This document shows positions 1 through 12,025 of a DNA stretch of 52,349 bases, piece by piece. Position 1 is the stretch's first letter; each line of letters opens with the position of its first letter. The notes beneath the pieces were generated by a model. It was not told the origin of the DNA and did not search any database. It worked only from the letters and a program-made list of their open reading frames with translations. Source of the DNA: Chiloscyllium plagiosum (taxonomy: Eukaryota); the NCBI RefSeq assembly GCF_004010195.1, contig NC_057718.1:29021792-29074140 (forward strand), written 5' to 3'. A program made the position numbers and the translations under genes.

Positions 1-543
1 CTAATCATACCTCCTATGTTTAGATCACATCCAAATCATTTATATAAATGATGAAAAGCTGCAAATGACGAAATGAGTGGCAGAGCAAAGTGTGCAAAGG
101 ACTGTGAAACTTTGCAGTGGACCCAACATCAATCCTTGTGGCACACCGCTGGTCACAGGTCTCTAGTCTGAAGAGCAACCTTCCACCAGCACCCTCTGTC
201 TTCTGCCTTTGAGCCAGTTTTGTATCCAATTGGCTAGTTTTCCCTGTTTCCATGTGATCTAACCTTGTTCGCCAGTCTACCATGAGGAACCTTGTTGAAC
301 GCCTTACTGAAGTCCAGATAGATCATGTCCACTGCTCTTCCCTCATCAATCCTCCTTGTTACTTCAAAAAACTCAATGAAGTTTGTGAGACATGATTTCC
401 CATGCACAAAGCCATGTTGACTAAACCTGATCATTCCCTGCCTTTCCAAATATGTGCAAATCCTGTCCCTCAGAATTCCGTCCAACAACTTGCCCACCAC
501 CAATGTCAGGCTCACCGATCTGTAGTTCACTGGCTTCTCCTTA
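1..543 (-). mobile_element. CR1 LINE reverse-transcriptase fragment (resumes at about 1382-1428)
   Basis: ORF 234..674 contains NYRSVSLTLVVGKLL...SQHGFVHGKSCLTNFIEFFE...DMIYLDFSKAFNKVPHGRL. The sequence resumes after the nested plus-strand copy, collinear with 47800-47870. Confidence 0.9.
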
Positions 544-1378
544 GATGATTTGGAGTTGGGGACCACGTGTAGTGTGTCAAAGTTTGTAGATGACACGAAG
601 ATGAGTGACAGAGCAGTGTGCAGAGGACTGTGAAACTTTGCAGAGGAACTTAGATACTTTAAATGAGTGGGCAAAGGTCTGGCAGATGGAATACAATGTT
701 GTTCAATGTGAAGTCATCCATTTTGGTAGGAGTAACAGTAAAAAGGATTATTACTTGAATGGTAATAAAAGGTTGCAGCATGCTGCTATGCAGAAGGACC
801 TTGCTAAAGAGAATGAGTTTAAAAGCAGGAAGGTTGTGTTGCAGTTGTATTGGGTGTTGGAGTACTGCGTACAGTTTTGGTTTCCTTACTTGAGACAGGA
901 TGTACTGGCACTGGAGGCAGTGCATTGGTGGTTCACTAGTTTGATTCCGGAGTTGAGGGGGTTGGCTTCTGAGGAGAGATTGAGTCGACTGGGATTATAT
1001 TCATTGGAATTTAGAAGAATGAAGGGTGATCTTCTAGAAACATAAAATTAGAAGTAGAGAGGATGTTTCCACCGGTGGCTGAAACTAGGACAAGATGGCA
1101 TAGCTTCAAAATTAGGGGGAGCAGATTTAGGACTGAATTGAGAATTCTTCATACAGAGGGTTGTGAATCTATGGAATTCCCTGCCCAGTGAAATAGTTGA
1201 CACTACTTTAGTAAATGTTTTTAAAGCTGAGATGGATTTTTTTGAACAGTAAAGGAATTAAGGATTACAGTGAGAGGGTGGGTAAGTGGAGCTGAGGCCA
1301 TGAAAATATCAGCCATGATCTTGCTGAATGGCAGAGCAGGCTCAAAGGGCCAGACGGCCTACTCCTGCTCCTAGTTCT
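544..1378 (+). mobile_element. 5'-truncated CR1 LINE (RT C-terminus and 3' UTR) nested in a minus-strand CR1
   Basis: ORF 605..1045 contains LEYCVQFWFPYLRQDVLALE...EERLSRLGLYSLEFRRMKGDL. Typical 3' UTR ending ...ggcctactcctgctcctagttct. Confidence 0.9.
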
Positions 1379-1429
1379 TTTTTATCTTTCTTAAATAGTG
1401 GCACCACGTTAGCCAACCTTCAGTCTCTC

Positions 1430-2405
1430 TAGCAAAGACATGGACAGCGTGGCTAATAAGTGGCAAAAAACATTCCTGCCACATAAGTACCAGCCAATGA
1501 CCATTCTAACAAAAGAAGTTTACCAATTTTTCCTTGAAGTTGAATCGCATTACCATTACTGAATCCCCTACAATTAGATTTGATTACTTACAGCGTGGAA
1601 ACAGGCCCTTCAGCCCAACAAGTCCACACCGACCCGCCGAAGCGCAACCCACCCAGACCCATTCCCCTACATTTACCCCTTCATCTAACACTACGGGCAA
1701 TTTAGCATGGCCAATTCACCTAACCTGCATATTTTTGGACTGTGGGAGGAAATCGGAGCACCCGGAGGAAACCCACGCAGACACGGGGGGAATGTGCAAA
1801 CTCCACACAGTCAGTTGCCTGAGGTGGGAATTGAACTCAGGTCCCTGGCGCTGTAAGGCAGCAGTGCTAACCACTGTGCCACCATGCCGCCCAGCAGGAT
1901 GCCATTGGCCAGATCAGACTGAAGTGGACCACTTTATTAACGCTGCAACAAAAGATCAGAGGCTAGGAATTCTCCTGCACATAATTCACCTAACTCCCCA
2001 CAGCGTGTTCATCCATCCATAAGGCACAGGTCAGGAGTGTGATAGAATAACCTCCATTTGCCCTAATGAATGTAGCTCTAACCAGACTCAAGAAGCTCAA
2101 CACCATCCAGGATAAACCAGCTTGTTTGACTGGTGTCACATTCATTAATCTAAATATTCATCCATCACCAACATTCCCCCACCACTGCTGCATAGTACAT
2201 TAACATGTACTATCTACAAAATGCACTGCATCAACTTGCCCATATTCCTTCAACAGTACCTTCTGACCTGCAATCTATAAGGACAAGAGCATTACATACA
2301 CTGGAACACCACCACCTCAGTTCTCCTTCCTGCTGTCCTGATTTGGAAATATATTGTTTCCTTGCTCTCTGTCACTGAGTCAGAGTCCTGGAATTCCTTC
2401 CCTAA
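1430..2405 (+). mobile_element. Decayed non-LTR LINE 3' part (CR1/L2-group, Crack-like), interrupted by an HE1 SINE
   Basis: aaggcacaggtcaggagtgtgatagaa...ctcaagaagctcaacaccatccaggataaa encodes the KAQVRSV...LKKLNTIQDK motif. A related piece lies at about 42645-43035. Confidence 0.6.
1574..1892 (-). mobile_element. HE1-type tRNA-derived V-SINE, full length
   Basis: Near-exact reverse complement of 20593-20906, with A box TGGCACAGTGG, a B box, the V-domain and a (taatc)-type tail. Confidence 0.92.
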
Positions 2406-3619
2406 TGCTTCGAGACCAATGATTTTAACTCCGCATTTTTCTTCAGATGTTGCCAGACCTCCTGAGTTTCTCCAGTCTTTTGTTTTTGTACAACTATGTG
2501 TATGTTCTGAATATATGAACTGACAATTTCTGTGCTCCTCTTTGGCAAGATCTCCTTGAGACAAAAGATCAAAGCACCTGATTCTGCTATTATCCTCCTT
2601 CGTGTAGAAACACACTTACAGCCACTCCAGTAAGCAACACATGCAAATCCAAGAAACCTGATCTTTCCCAGCTGCACAGTCATTTTTGGCGTCAAACACT
2701 GATGGTGAAACCAAGTTAGAATAACCAGAAATACAGAATTAAAAATGTGTCTGCATGTGCCAGTGCATGTGGACACTCGGTAAATAAGTAGGTGAACAAC
2801 AAGAAGCGGCTGTTAAAGGCAGGGATAGTTAAAAATTGCAAATGCGGTTGTACATGACATTAAAACAAAAATGCTGAAAATACACAGCAGCTGAAAGGGA
2901 AAAACGTTGCAATTCATTGAAAATTATTTGAAAATTATTGAAAATTGTCCTGGGCCAATATGCGTTATATTTCTCTTCTTATTTTGAGAAACAATATGGA
3001 CTTGATGAAAATCAATTGTCGGAAAAGACAATGAAGCTGTTACTTCTCCTTGGTCGTTTGTGATGTAGCTGCTGATGTTGCAGTTGAGAATAAAAATAAT
3101 CACAGATGCTGAAAAACAGAAAGTTGCAGTCTCCTTTTAGGTTTCCCCTACCTGAAAAACAGTACAAGAGAATGCCCTACAGAATTTAATGTCATAGGCT
3201 ACTGATTAGCAATCTGGGCAATGAGCCAAAATGAAAATAAATGACAAAAACAGGGAAGCAACTGGGTAACTATTTGTTCCAAAGCAATCTTGCATTTAGT
3301 TTTCAGTTTTGCCTGGTTTGACAGTTAATGAGATTACTGAGAGGCAGTCCATTGCGGCTGCCCAACAGGCCCACTGGTGCAGCCCAATGAGCATCATTTT
3401 AACCTATTGCATTGTCCAGGGAGTAGGAGAGTGTGATGGAGTAATTAGGCCAAAAATTGTTCCACACCCAATAACCGTGCCATCACTAACAACATAAATT
3501 TCCACCTCCATAAGAGCAGTTGATTCTGATTGTGCATGAGCTTGTCTACATCTCTCTAACCTTTAGACTTGACTACTCCAGTCTTCTCATCACTTTTGTA
3601 ATTCTGATCTTGTGAGCTT

Positions 3620-3850
3620 GTTAATCACATTCACATTGTAAACTGCGGCATCTGCTGCTCAGGTCAAAAGCTCGGGAATGCCTTCCCTAACATTCTCCAA
3701 CCCTCTACCTTTTGTCTCCATTTAATGCACTGCTTAAAAACTACCATTTCAAACTAAATTTTAATCACTTGCCCTAATGCCACCTTGTGCCATTCCTGTG
3801 AGGCACCTTGGGATGTTCCATTACATTAATGGCACTCTATAATCTGTTGT
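3620..3850 (+). mobile_element. Old L2-like LINE 3' end
   Basis: ctcgggaatgccttccct...ttaaaaactacc...cctgtgaggcaccttgggatgtt...ggcactctataa resembles L2 3' termini. Confidence 0.5.
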
Positions 3851-4066
3851 GTTTTAACTCAATGACCATGGAGTTTGTTAAAATAGAATACTTTGAATTG
3901 GATTATCCTGTGTGTGACTGGAAAGTTGACATCGTATCAAACCTCCGCAAGGTTATCCTCGGAAGAGGAGCATAAGTAGAACAGCATTCCCCTCCCCACG
4001 TGTGATGATAGTTTGTTTCTGTCCATAAGAGAGTGTGATAGTAATTACAAATATAAGCTCACACCT

Positions 4067-4320
4067 GTTCTATGCACTGTTTTATTGTTTGTTTGATTGT
4101 CCTGCCTTGTATGAGTTTGCATTACTGTTTCTTTTCTGATAAGGTAACATTTGATGTTTGTCTTCATTTCCCTGCGAACTGGTTGCAGTGGGGGAAGGGT
4201 GGGGGGGTTGGCCCTGTTGCCCCTTTCCCTTGTAAATTGCCGTTTCTTGTAAACCACTGTTTATTGTTCATTGTTAACCGTTTCTTTGTATTTTTTACTG
4301 TTTGATAAAATTTTAAAAAC
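4067..4320 (+). mobile_element. 254-bp retroposed insertion (L1/Tx1-like 3' UTR or processed mRNA end) with 15-bp TSD
   Basis: Perfect direct repeat tataagctcacacct at 4052-4066 and 4321-4335. T-rich body with a G-tract and an A-rich end (gataaaattttaaaaac). Confidence 0.7.
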
Positions 4321-4883
4321 TATAAGCTCACACCTACTGTCACTTGCTGCACCTGTTGGACTATAACCTGGCATTGCCTGATTTTTTACTTTATCCACCC
4401 CACTGGCACTGCCTCATCACTTGCTGCATAAGAAGAGCTCTTATCAAATATCAGAGATCAAGTAAAATCTACAAGTTTGGAATATGAATCAACTATGGAC
4501 ACTAAAAAGACACTCCACAGAGATCAGCCCTGGGTTCCTTATTGTTTGTGATATTCATAAAAGATATAAATGAGAATATTTTGGGTGTGGGGGAATGATA
4601 AGCAAGTTGGCAGATGACAAAAATGTGGCCAGGTGGTTGGCAGTGAGGAAGGTGTTAGATTATAGGAGGATATAAACAGATCGTTCAAATGGGCAGATCA
4701 GTGACAGATGGAACTTAGCCCTGGTAAATGTGAGATGATGCACTTTGGAGGAAGGAATATGATAAGAGAGTACTACATGAATGGCAAGACACTAGGAATC
4801 TCAGAGGAACAGAGGGATCTTGGGATGCTTGTCACAAATCCCTGAAGGAGGATGGACAAGTTAATAGGGTAGGTAAAGGCAAT

Positions 4884-5107
4884 TAGGAGAAAGTGGGGAC
4901 TGCAGACGCTGGAAACCAGAGTTGAAAAATGTGGTGCTGGAAAAACACAACAGGCCAGGTAACATCCGAGGAGCAGGAGAATCGACGCTTCGGGCATAAG
5001 CCCTTCTTCAGGAATCTGAAGAAGGGCTTATGCCCGAAACGTCAATTCTCCTGCTCCTCGGATGCTGCCTGGCCTGCTGTGTTTTTCCAGCACCACATTT
5101 TTCAACT
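4884..5107. mobile_element. Fold-back Penelope-like pLTR mini-insertion
   Basis: About 92-bp inverted arms (4920-5011 / 5016-5107) with a 4-nt loop. Flanked by taggtaaaggcaat / taggaaaaggcaat. Homologous to the 3' UTR that follows the GIY-YIG-type sequence at 27550-27646. Confidence 0.85.
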
Positions 5108-5290
5108 AGGAAAAGGCAATGGATGGTTGCCTTTATCAGTCATGGTATAGTATAAGAGCAGGGAGGTCATGTTGTTGCTGTCCAGACTTTGGTTAGGACA
5201 TAGCTGGAGTAGCATGTGCAGTTCTGGTCCCAGTACTATAGGACAATTGTGATTTCATTAGAGGGGGTGCAAAGGAGATTCACCAGAATG

Positions 5291-5410
5291 ATAAAAATCA
5301 CAACAGGTTTAATTGGAAGCACTAGCTTTCAAAGCGCCGCTCCTTATAACCTGGTGTTGTGTGATTTTTAACTTTGTACACCCAGTCCAACACCGGCATC
5401 TCCAAATCAT
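5291..5410. mobile_element. Second-family PLE-type mini-insertion, inverted arrangement
   Basis: Homologous to 20081-20172. First half on the minus strand and second half on the plus strand (tataacctggtgttgtgtgattttt). Imperfect flanking repeat caccagaatg / cagcagaacg. Confidence 0.7.
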
Positions 5411-7158
5411 CAGCAGAACGTTACCTGGTATGGAGCATTTCAGCTCTGAACAGAGCCGAGATAAGCTCCGGTTGCTTTCTTTGGAGCAGAGAAGGTTTCG
5501 GGAGGTGGTTGGGGGAGGTGGGAGGTGTATAAGATTATGAAAGACATGGACAGGGTGAATAGGTTGTTCCCCTTAGTCAAAGGGTCAATAAAAAGGCGGC
5601 ATAATTTCAAAGTGAATGGTGAATGGTTGAGCAAATTTGAGGAAACATTCTTTCATCCAGAGGGCGGTGGGATCTGGAATGCATTGCCTGGGACAGCAGT
5701 TGAGGCAGAAAACCTCACTACCTTTATAAAATATATGAACAACCACTTGAAGTGTCATCACTTTTAAGGCTATGGGCCTAGTGCTGGAAAGCGATACAAT
5801 TGGGGTTGGGTAGTCTTTGATGGGTTGTAGGGCCTCTTCTGTGCTGTATGATTGTAGGGCAGATGTGATACAAATGTTAGAAGAAGAATAGAGGTAACAA
5901 ATAGTAGTTCCGAGAGGATGAATGATGTATTCACAAATAAGTTCAGGCTTGTAACAAGGCAAAAAAAACACACACATGAATGAAACATTCTATCCATTAT
6001 CCTAAACACCTCAGCAAGTCAAGATCTACAGAAAAAAATAGAAACCTTTGAAATGTGAATATTAAGTTAGACAAATGAAGAGGTATTTAAAATTTCATGA
6101 CCAAAAAGGACTTAAAATATGGTGTGCAGAACAGAAAATGTCAGAATTTCAGCCATTTAATCAGAGCTGAAAAACTGCAGAGAACTCTTACTGAGGACAA
6201 ACTGAAGGGCAGTTCAAAGAGGGAATAGCGTAGGCGAAGTTAGATAATGGATATCTCAGAGTGGTTGCAAACGAGTGGGTATGTGGAGATGGCCTAAGAT
6301 TGATGAACATGGCATGCCATAAGGAGCAGAAATCCTGGTAGGAGTAGTCAGAGGCAACAGTAGATTTCTCAAAGTTATAAAAATATAAGGAATGGGCATA
6401 AGTCTTTTGGCAATACAAGCCTGCTCTGCAGGGCCTTTTTAAAAATTCATTTGTGGGACGTGGGTCTGGCTGGCCAGCCAGCATTGCCTATCCCTTGAGA
6501 AGGTGGTGGTGAGCTGCCTTCTTCAACTGCTGCTGATCATCTAAATGAAAGTCATTTTCCTGTGTTGTACACATGTTAATATATTTAGAAAACCTAGAAA
6601 ACGATTGATCACTGTCTTGAACATACTCAATAACTGAGTCTCTATAGCTCTCAGATGTGGAGAATTTCAAATGTTCACTGTCCTTTGAGCGAAGAAATTC
6701 TTCATTTCAGTGCTAAATGGTCTGTGTCTTATTCTGAGGTGGTGTACCCTGGTTCTAGACACACATGAAAACCAATGGAAACATCTTTGCTACATCCACC
6801 TTGTTGAGCCCTGGAAGAATTTTGTATGCTTCTGTGCGATCACCTCACATTCTTCTGAAGTCTAGAGAATACAGACCCATTCTCTTCATACGTCAAGGTT
6901 TTGGTGCTGGTGGAGGTTATAGAGGGAGGGGGGTGAAGCCATGGAGAGATTTGGTAACAAGGATGAGAGTTTTTAAATGAAGACAATACTTGACCAGGAG
7001 CTTATGTGGGTCAGTGAACACAGGATCAATAAGGAACAGAATTTGTTACAAGTTAAGGCGGGGACCTTAATGACCTCAAGTTTAAGGAAAGTCCAGAAGC
7101 AATCAAAGGACTTGCCTGATTCTGCTGCATCCTTAAGGGTACAATTGAAGATTAATAT

Positions 7159-8059
7159 TGTCATGATCCTAGCTGACATTAAAACTGGATAAGTCAAATC
7201 CCAAACTGAAATCTGGCTTGATGGATCATATTTTGTTTAGGTTTTTTAACAAGGTGCTCTTACACTGAAATACAGTTGCACAATGCTGCACATTTGGGGT
7301 TAACAATAAATAGAAAATTATTATACAAAAGAGTTGAACATAGCTTTTTAAAAAAGTGTTATCTGAGTGTAATACACAGAGTTTTTGAAACACACAGTAA
7401 AGTCATAATTTCATTAATTTCAACAGCATTGCATTACAAACACTAGAGCAAATGCCCACCTTCATTCCACATAGGGTTGGACATAGCTGTGGCTTCAATT
7501 CCCAGTCATGAGAATCTACTACCTTCTTCCTTGATTTGTCATATAACTGAACTTAAACTTTCTCAGATATAAATCACACCTTCAGGGTTGGAACCAAACA
7601 CTTCTAGTCAGGAACATTTACTAAATGTTTAACTTTGAGATGACTTTTTTAAAACAATTCTTACTGACTTCCTTTTCACAACTGTTTTCCACATCTAGCT
7701 TTAGCCAACTACTCTGAAAAACCACTGAAACCAAGACAAAAAGAAAAAAAAAAATTCTTCCATTCTATAATTATTTCTCCTATGCTCAAAAAATTAATTC
7801 CAGAATCTTCTATCTGAAAGCTTAATGGACTATGCTGTTTACTTTACTTGCTGGTAAACTCTCCCAAAGTTTAGAAAAATCCATTACTCTCTAGAAAGTC
7901 TTCCTCTCACTACAGTGTTTTAAAAGTAATCAAAAATACTTGCAAGTTAATCTTTAAACCCCTTCAGGCACACAGAAAACCCATATGCCACTAGTTCAAA
8001 GTAAAAAAATCAAAAATAAGTGCTTTAAAATGATTATAAATCACACACCGTACCTCACA
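7159..8059. mobile_element. Probable solo LTR (901 bp, Gypsy-like)
   Basis: Begins TGTCA and ends TCACA, flanked on both sides by ATAT (7155-7158, 8060-8063). No coding remnant. Confidence 0.5.
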
Positions 8060-8782
8060 ATATCTATGTTGCAAAAGTGTACTTGGTGGCAGTAGCAGGC
8101 ATTCATTGAAATAACTGACTCTTTCGTGAAATTATGATTATCAATAGTTGGAAGTCCTGAATTTGTATTTTCAATTCTACTATGCAACTAGCATTTTTCC
8201 TTCTTCGAGCCAATAAGGAACTAAACTGGTCCCAATTGCTTGTGTTTGGTCCATATCCCTCTAAACCTTTTCTATTCCTGTACCTGTCCAAATGATGTTT
8301 AAATGTTGTAACTGTACCTGCATCTACAGGTTGAACCTTAGGCATATTCTCTCCTCCCTCTATTCAAACTGAGTAGTTAAGATCATTCAAAAGAAGGGAG
8401 TTCAACAACTTCATCACAAATCTAGGATTTAGTGCATTGGAACACATTCCAGACTAATGCACTGAATCAATCTTCTGTTTTAGAGTTAGGAAATGGGTAT
8501 CAGTACAAATATTACACTCGCTTATTTTTCCATGTATGTTGTTGTCTATATTTTAGGTATCCCCTTAACCTTACTGTGATATAAGGATTCCTAAGTACAA
8601 GGAGTATATTGACCTATTGCACAAAGAGAAAAAAATCCTTTCCTGGTTACTTCACAACCTTTTCAAGAAGATCCCGAAATTCAGTTGGTTCTTGGGAGAT
8701 GGACTGTATTCCTTACAAGTAGATGATTTGTATCTCATACAGGATAGCTTTGTGCACAGAAACAAATAACACTAACACAAAA

Positions 8783-9492
8783 CAAGCAAGGACATCATGT
8801 TGAGGTTATACAGGACATTGGTGAGGCCACCTTTGTATACAGAGGAACCCGGATTATCCGGATACCAGTTATCCGAAAATTGGATTATCCAAAGGAGATC
8901 TCGAGGTCCTGCTAGAAATATTACATCAAAGACATGTTTCCAACAGTGATCGCGTTTTTTGTTTACTATGATTAAACAGGCACAGTCTCCAAATGACTGA
9001 CATCCCACCCTCTCTCTCCCCACACTTTAAGAGAGTTCAGAAAAGATTTACCAGGACATTGCCAGGACTAGAGGGTTTGAGTTTTAAGGAGAGGCTGGAA
9101 AGGCTTGGGACCCTTTTCACTGCAGTATAGGAGATTGAGGGGTGACCTTATAGAGATTTATAAAACCATGAGGGACATTGATAAGGTGAATAGCAATAGG
9201 ATGGAGGAATGCAAAACTAGGGAGCACATTTTTAAGGCGAGAGGAGAAAGATTTAAAAGGGACCTGATGGGCAATTTTTCCCACACAGAGTGTGCTTCGT
9301 ATGTGGAATGAACTGCCAGAGGAAGTAATAGATGCAGGTACAATTACATTTAAACAACATTTGGACAGGTACAGGAATAGAAAAGGTTTAGATGGAAATG
9401 GGCCAAACACAAACAATTGGGACCAGTTTAGTTTGGGAAACATGGTCAGCATGAGCCAAAAGATCTGTTTCCATACTGTATGATTCTATGAT
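8783..9492 (+). mobile_element. CR1 LINE 3' end interrupted by a MITE fragment
   Basis: ORF 9105..9311 FSLQYRRLRGDLIEIYKTMR; tail tgtatgattctatgat. Confidence 0.85.
8840..9027. mobile_element. One-ended Tc1/mariner (pogo/Tigger-like) MITE fragment
   Basis: TA followed by cagaggaacccggattatccg, the same TIR family as 24790-24961, with internal ttatccg repeats. No second TIR seen. Confidence 0.65.
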
Positions 9493-10814
9493 AACCATCA
9501 ACATCTATGCAGTGGAACATTTAGTCAAAAATGAGCATCAGGAATTTTGACCATTAAATTCAACTTACCAAAAGCTTCATATCGTTAAATATTTATTTTT
9601 AGTTATGGGTGTAGGGTATCAGCCTGGATTCTGTTTTTAAAATTGTAGGCAAAGAGCTAAGACTCATAAAATCACATTATTAAACAACAGATAATATCAG
9701 GAAACACTGCTAACTCTTGAGAAAAGAAAAACTTGCAATTTGATTAAGGAAATTAAATGGATCGTCTAGTGTTCCCTGGATTCTAGAACAGTGAGCTGGG
9801 AGGTAACAAATTTGACCGTGCAGTTATAAAAAAAAATTTGAGTACAATAGGCCAGTAAGCTTGATACCACAAGTAGAGAAAATATTAGAATGACACATTT
9901 AAAAGATGTTTACAGGCCACAAAGCAGATTCAATGTTTATTAAAGAGAAATCATATTTGACAAATCTTTTTTGCTTTCTGAGATGTAACCACATGATACA
10001 TGGAAGAGAAATCTATTCACGCCTCTCATGATTTTAAAACCTCTGTAAGGTCACCCCCCAGCCTCCGACACTCTAGGGAAAATAGTCCTACCCTATTCAT
10101 ACATTATAGAGATTGTTACATCAAATTAGGGTTCATATAATTACAGGTACCCAATCAGCCTGCTCTTCCAACACTCTCAAGACTGTGTCCAACATTATGT
10201 GCAATTCTGTGATTGGACAATATTTGCAAATTAATCCTGAGTGTGCAAAGAATTCTGCTGATAACCAATTTAGAATCATCGGTGAGGCTCACAGTGTAGC
10301 ACCTACTTGCATGTACTGCAAACTATGTACATTAAACACAGGGCCTTGTTCTTGGCTGATAGAAAGAACATGTACATATACTGTCCCTGTTTCAACTCAA
10401 TAAAATAGGAGATAACTGTTCACTAGTTAATTTATCAGGACAATGCATTGACCAGAGTCTACCAGCCTTGTTTAAAATTTAAATAAAAGTTCAACAGTCA
10501 GTTATCATTAACTGATACATACTCCATGGCAATTCCTCTATCAATCAAAATCCATTTGCCTCAAACCAGCAGTCTCTTCTCATAAAGGAAAAATAACATT
10601 TATACAGTATTTTGCCATTTTTTTGGAAACTACACTGATGAGTGCAGGATGAAAAACTTTGCTAAAATCTGCCTTTTTTCAGAATAGCAAAGTTGTGCAC
10701 TACCAAACCACCATTTGAAAAGAGACAACAGAAAAGCAAGAATAAAATATAGCGAGTCATTTTCAAGTGAACAGATTGCAACTATTACTGTGCTCTGGAA
10801 GAGGCTTGTGTGTT

Positions 10815-11280
10815 AGTTATGACTCAGTGAGTAGCATACCTATCTCCCAGTTGCAAGGCTCCAGGTTTAGTTGCCCTCCTCAACTTGAACACAAAAATCA
10901 AGCCAAACACTCCAGTAACCAAGTACTGTAGTACTAAAGGAGTGCTGTCATTTTGTGGTGTTGTCTTTCAGATGAGACAATAAACCAAGGCCTAGCTTTC
11001 ACTCTGATGCAAAATACTGTACCACTCCATTACTTTGAAGAATAGAAAAGGAATTGTTCTCAGTGTTTTAGTCAACATTTGTCTCTCAATCAACATCACA
11101 AACAAACAGAATACCTGGTCATTATCATCTGCGGTCTGTGGAAGCTTGCTGCATGCAAATTGGCTGCTGTTTCCTACATTCCAACATTGACTACACTTAA
11201 ATAATATACTATTAGCTATGAAGAGTTTTGAAATATCCAGTGGTTATGTAAGATGCGATAAATACAAGTTTTTCTTTCAT
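10815..11280 (+). mobile_element. Old Deu-domain SINE (SacSINE1/AmnSINE-like)
   Basis: tRNA-like head, central gtctttcagatgagacaataaaccaagg...tggtcattatc...tgtggaagcttgctg...aaattggctgctg and an L2-like tail. Confidence 0.7.
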
Positions 11281-11723
11281 GCAGATCTAAACACTGACTT
11301 GAAACAGCTTGGTTGAATTCCTTATGCTGCACTATGAAATTCTATTTAATTCTTCAGTTTCTGAGTACTTACTAGCAACAAACAGAAACTGCTACCCACA
11401 GCACCAGTCTTTCAGGCCATTATTCTTCCCAGGTTTAGGTTGATTGATCACAGAGAGATTACATTTTTGTACTGCTGCTTTGTACAGTCTTTCTTTCACT
11501 ATAAGGGCATGCCTCTGATTAGAAAACAGAAGGATTGATTGCACCTTTTATTTGTAAAATGTTATGTCTGCACTTGAATCGATCCCATAATGCAGTAAAC
11601 CAAGTTCTGGAGCAGTCACAGCTAAAATAAACAGAATCCAGCTCTTTTGTAGTGCTTCCGTCCAAAATTAATTAATATTAATTTTCTAAGAATTACCAGT
11701 TACTAAAGGAAAATCCTTGTTTT

Positions 11724-12025
11724 CATAGAATCCCTTCAGTATGGAAACAGACCCTTCGACCCAACAAGTCCACACCGACCCTCCAAAGAGTAACCCACCT
11801 AGACCCATTCTCCCACCCTATTACTCTACATTTACCCTGACTAATGCACCTAATCTAGAAATCCCTGAACACTATGGGCAATTTAGCTTGGCCAATTCAC
11901 CTGACCTGCACATCCGAACTGTGGGAGGAAACTGGAGCACCTGCAGGAAACCCATGCAGACACAGAGAGAATGTGCAAATCCACACAGACAGTTGGCTGA
12001 AGCTGGAATCGAATTTGGGTCCCAG
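11724..12025 (-). mobile_element. Diverged HE1-type SINE lacking the 5' head
   Basis: Similar to 1574-1892 (ggcaatttagcttggccaattcacctgacctgcacat...gaaacccatgcagacac). Confidence 0.85.

Larger units (their letters stand above)
4520..5860 (+). mobile_element. Decayed CR1 LINE 3' half with two nested PLE mini-insertions
   Basis: RT motifs (ISKLADD; ORF 5525..5767 MYKIMKDMDRVNRLFPLV...IWNALPG) and a CR1 3' UTR. Confidence 0.85.

Noticed and set aside
1534..2022. 162-aa ORF and the similar peptides at 20452-20885 and 11741-12104
   Set aside because: Chance translations of HE1 SINE copies.
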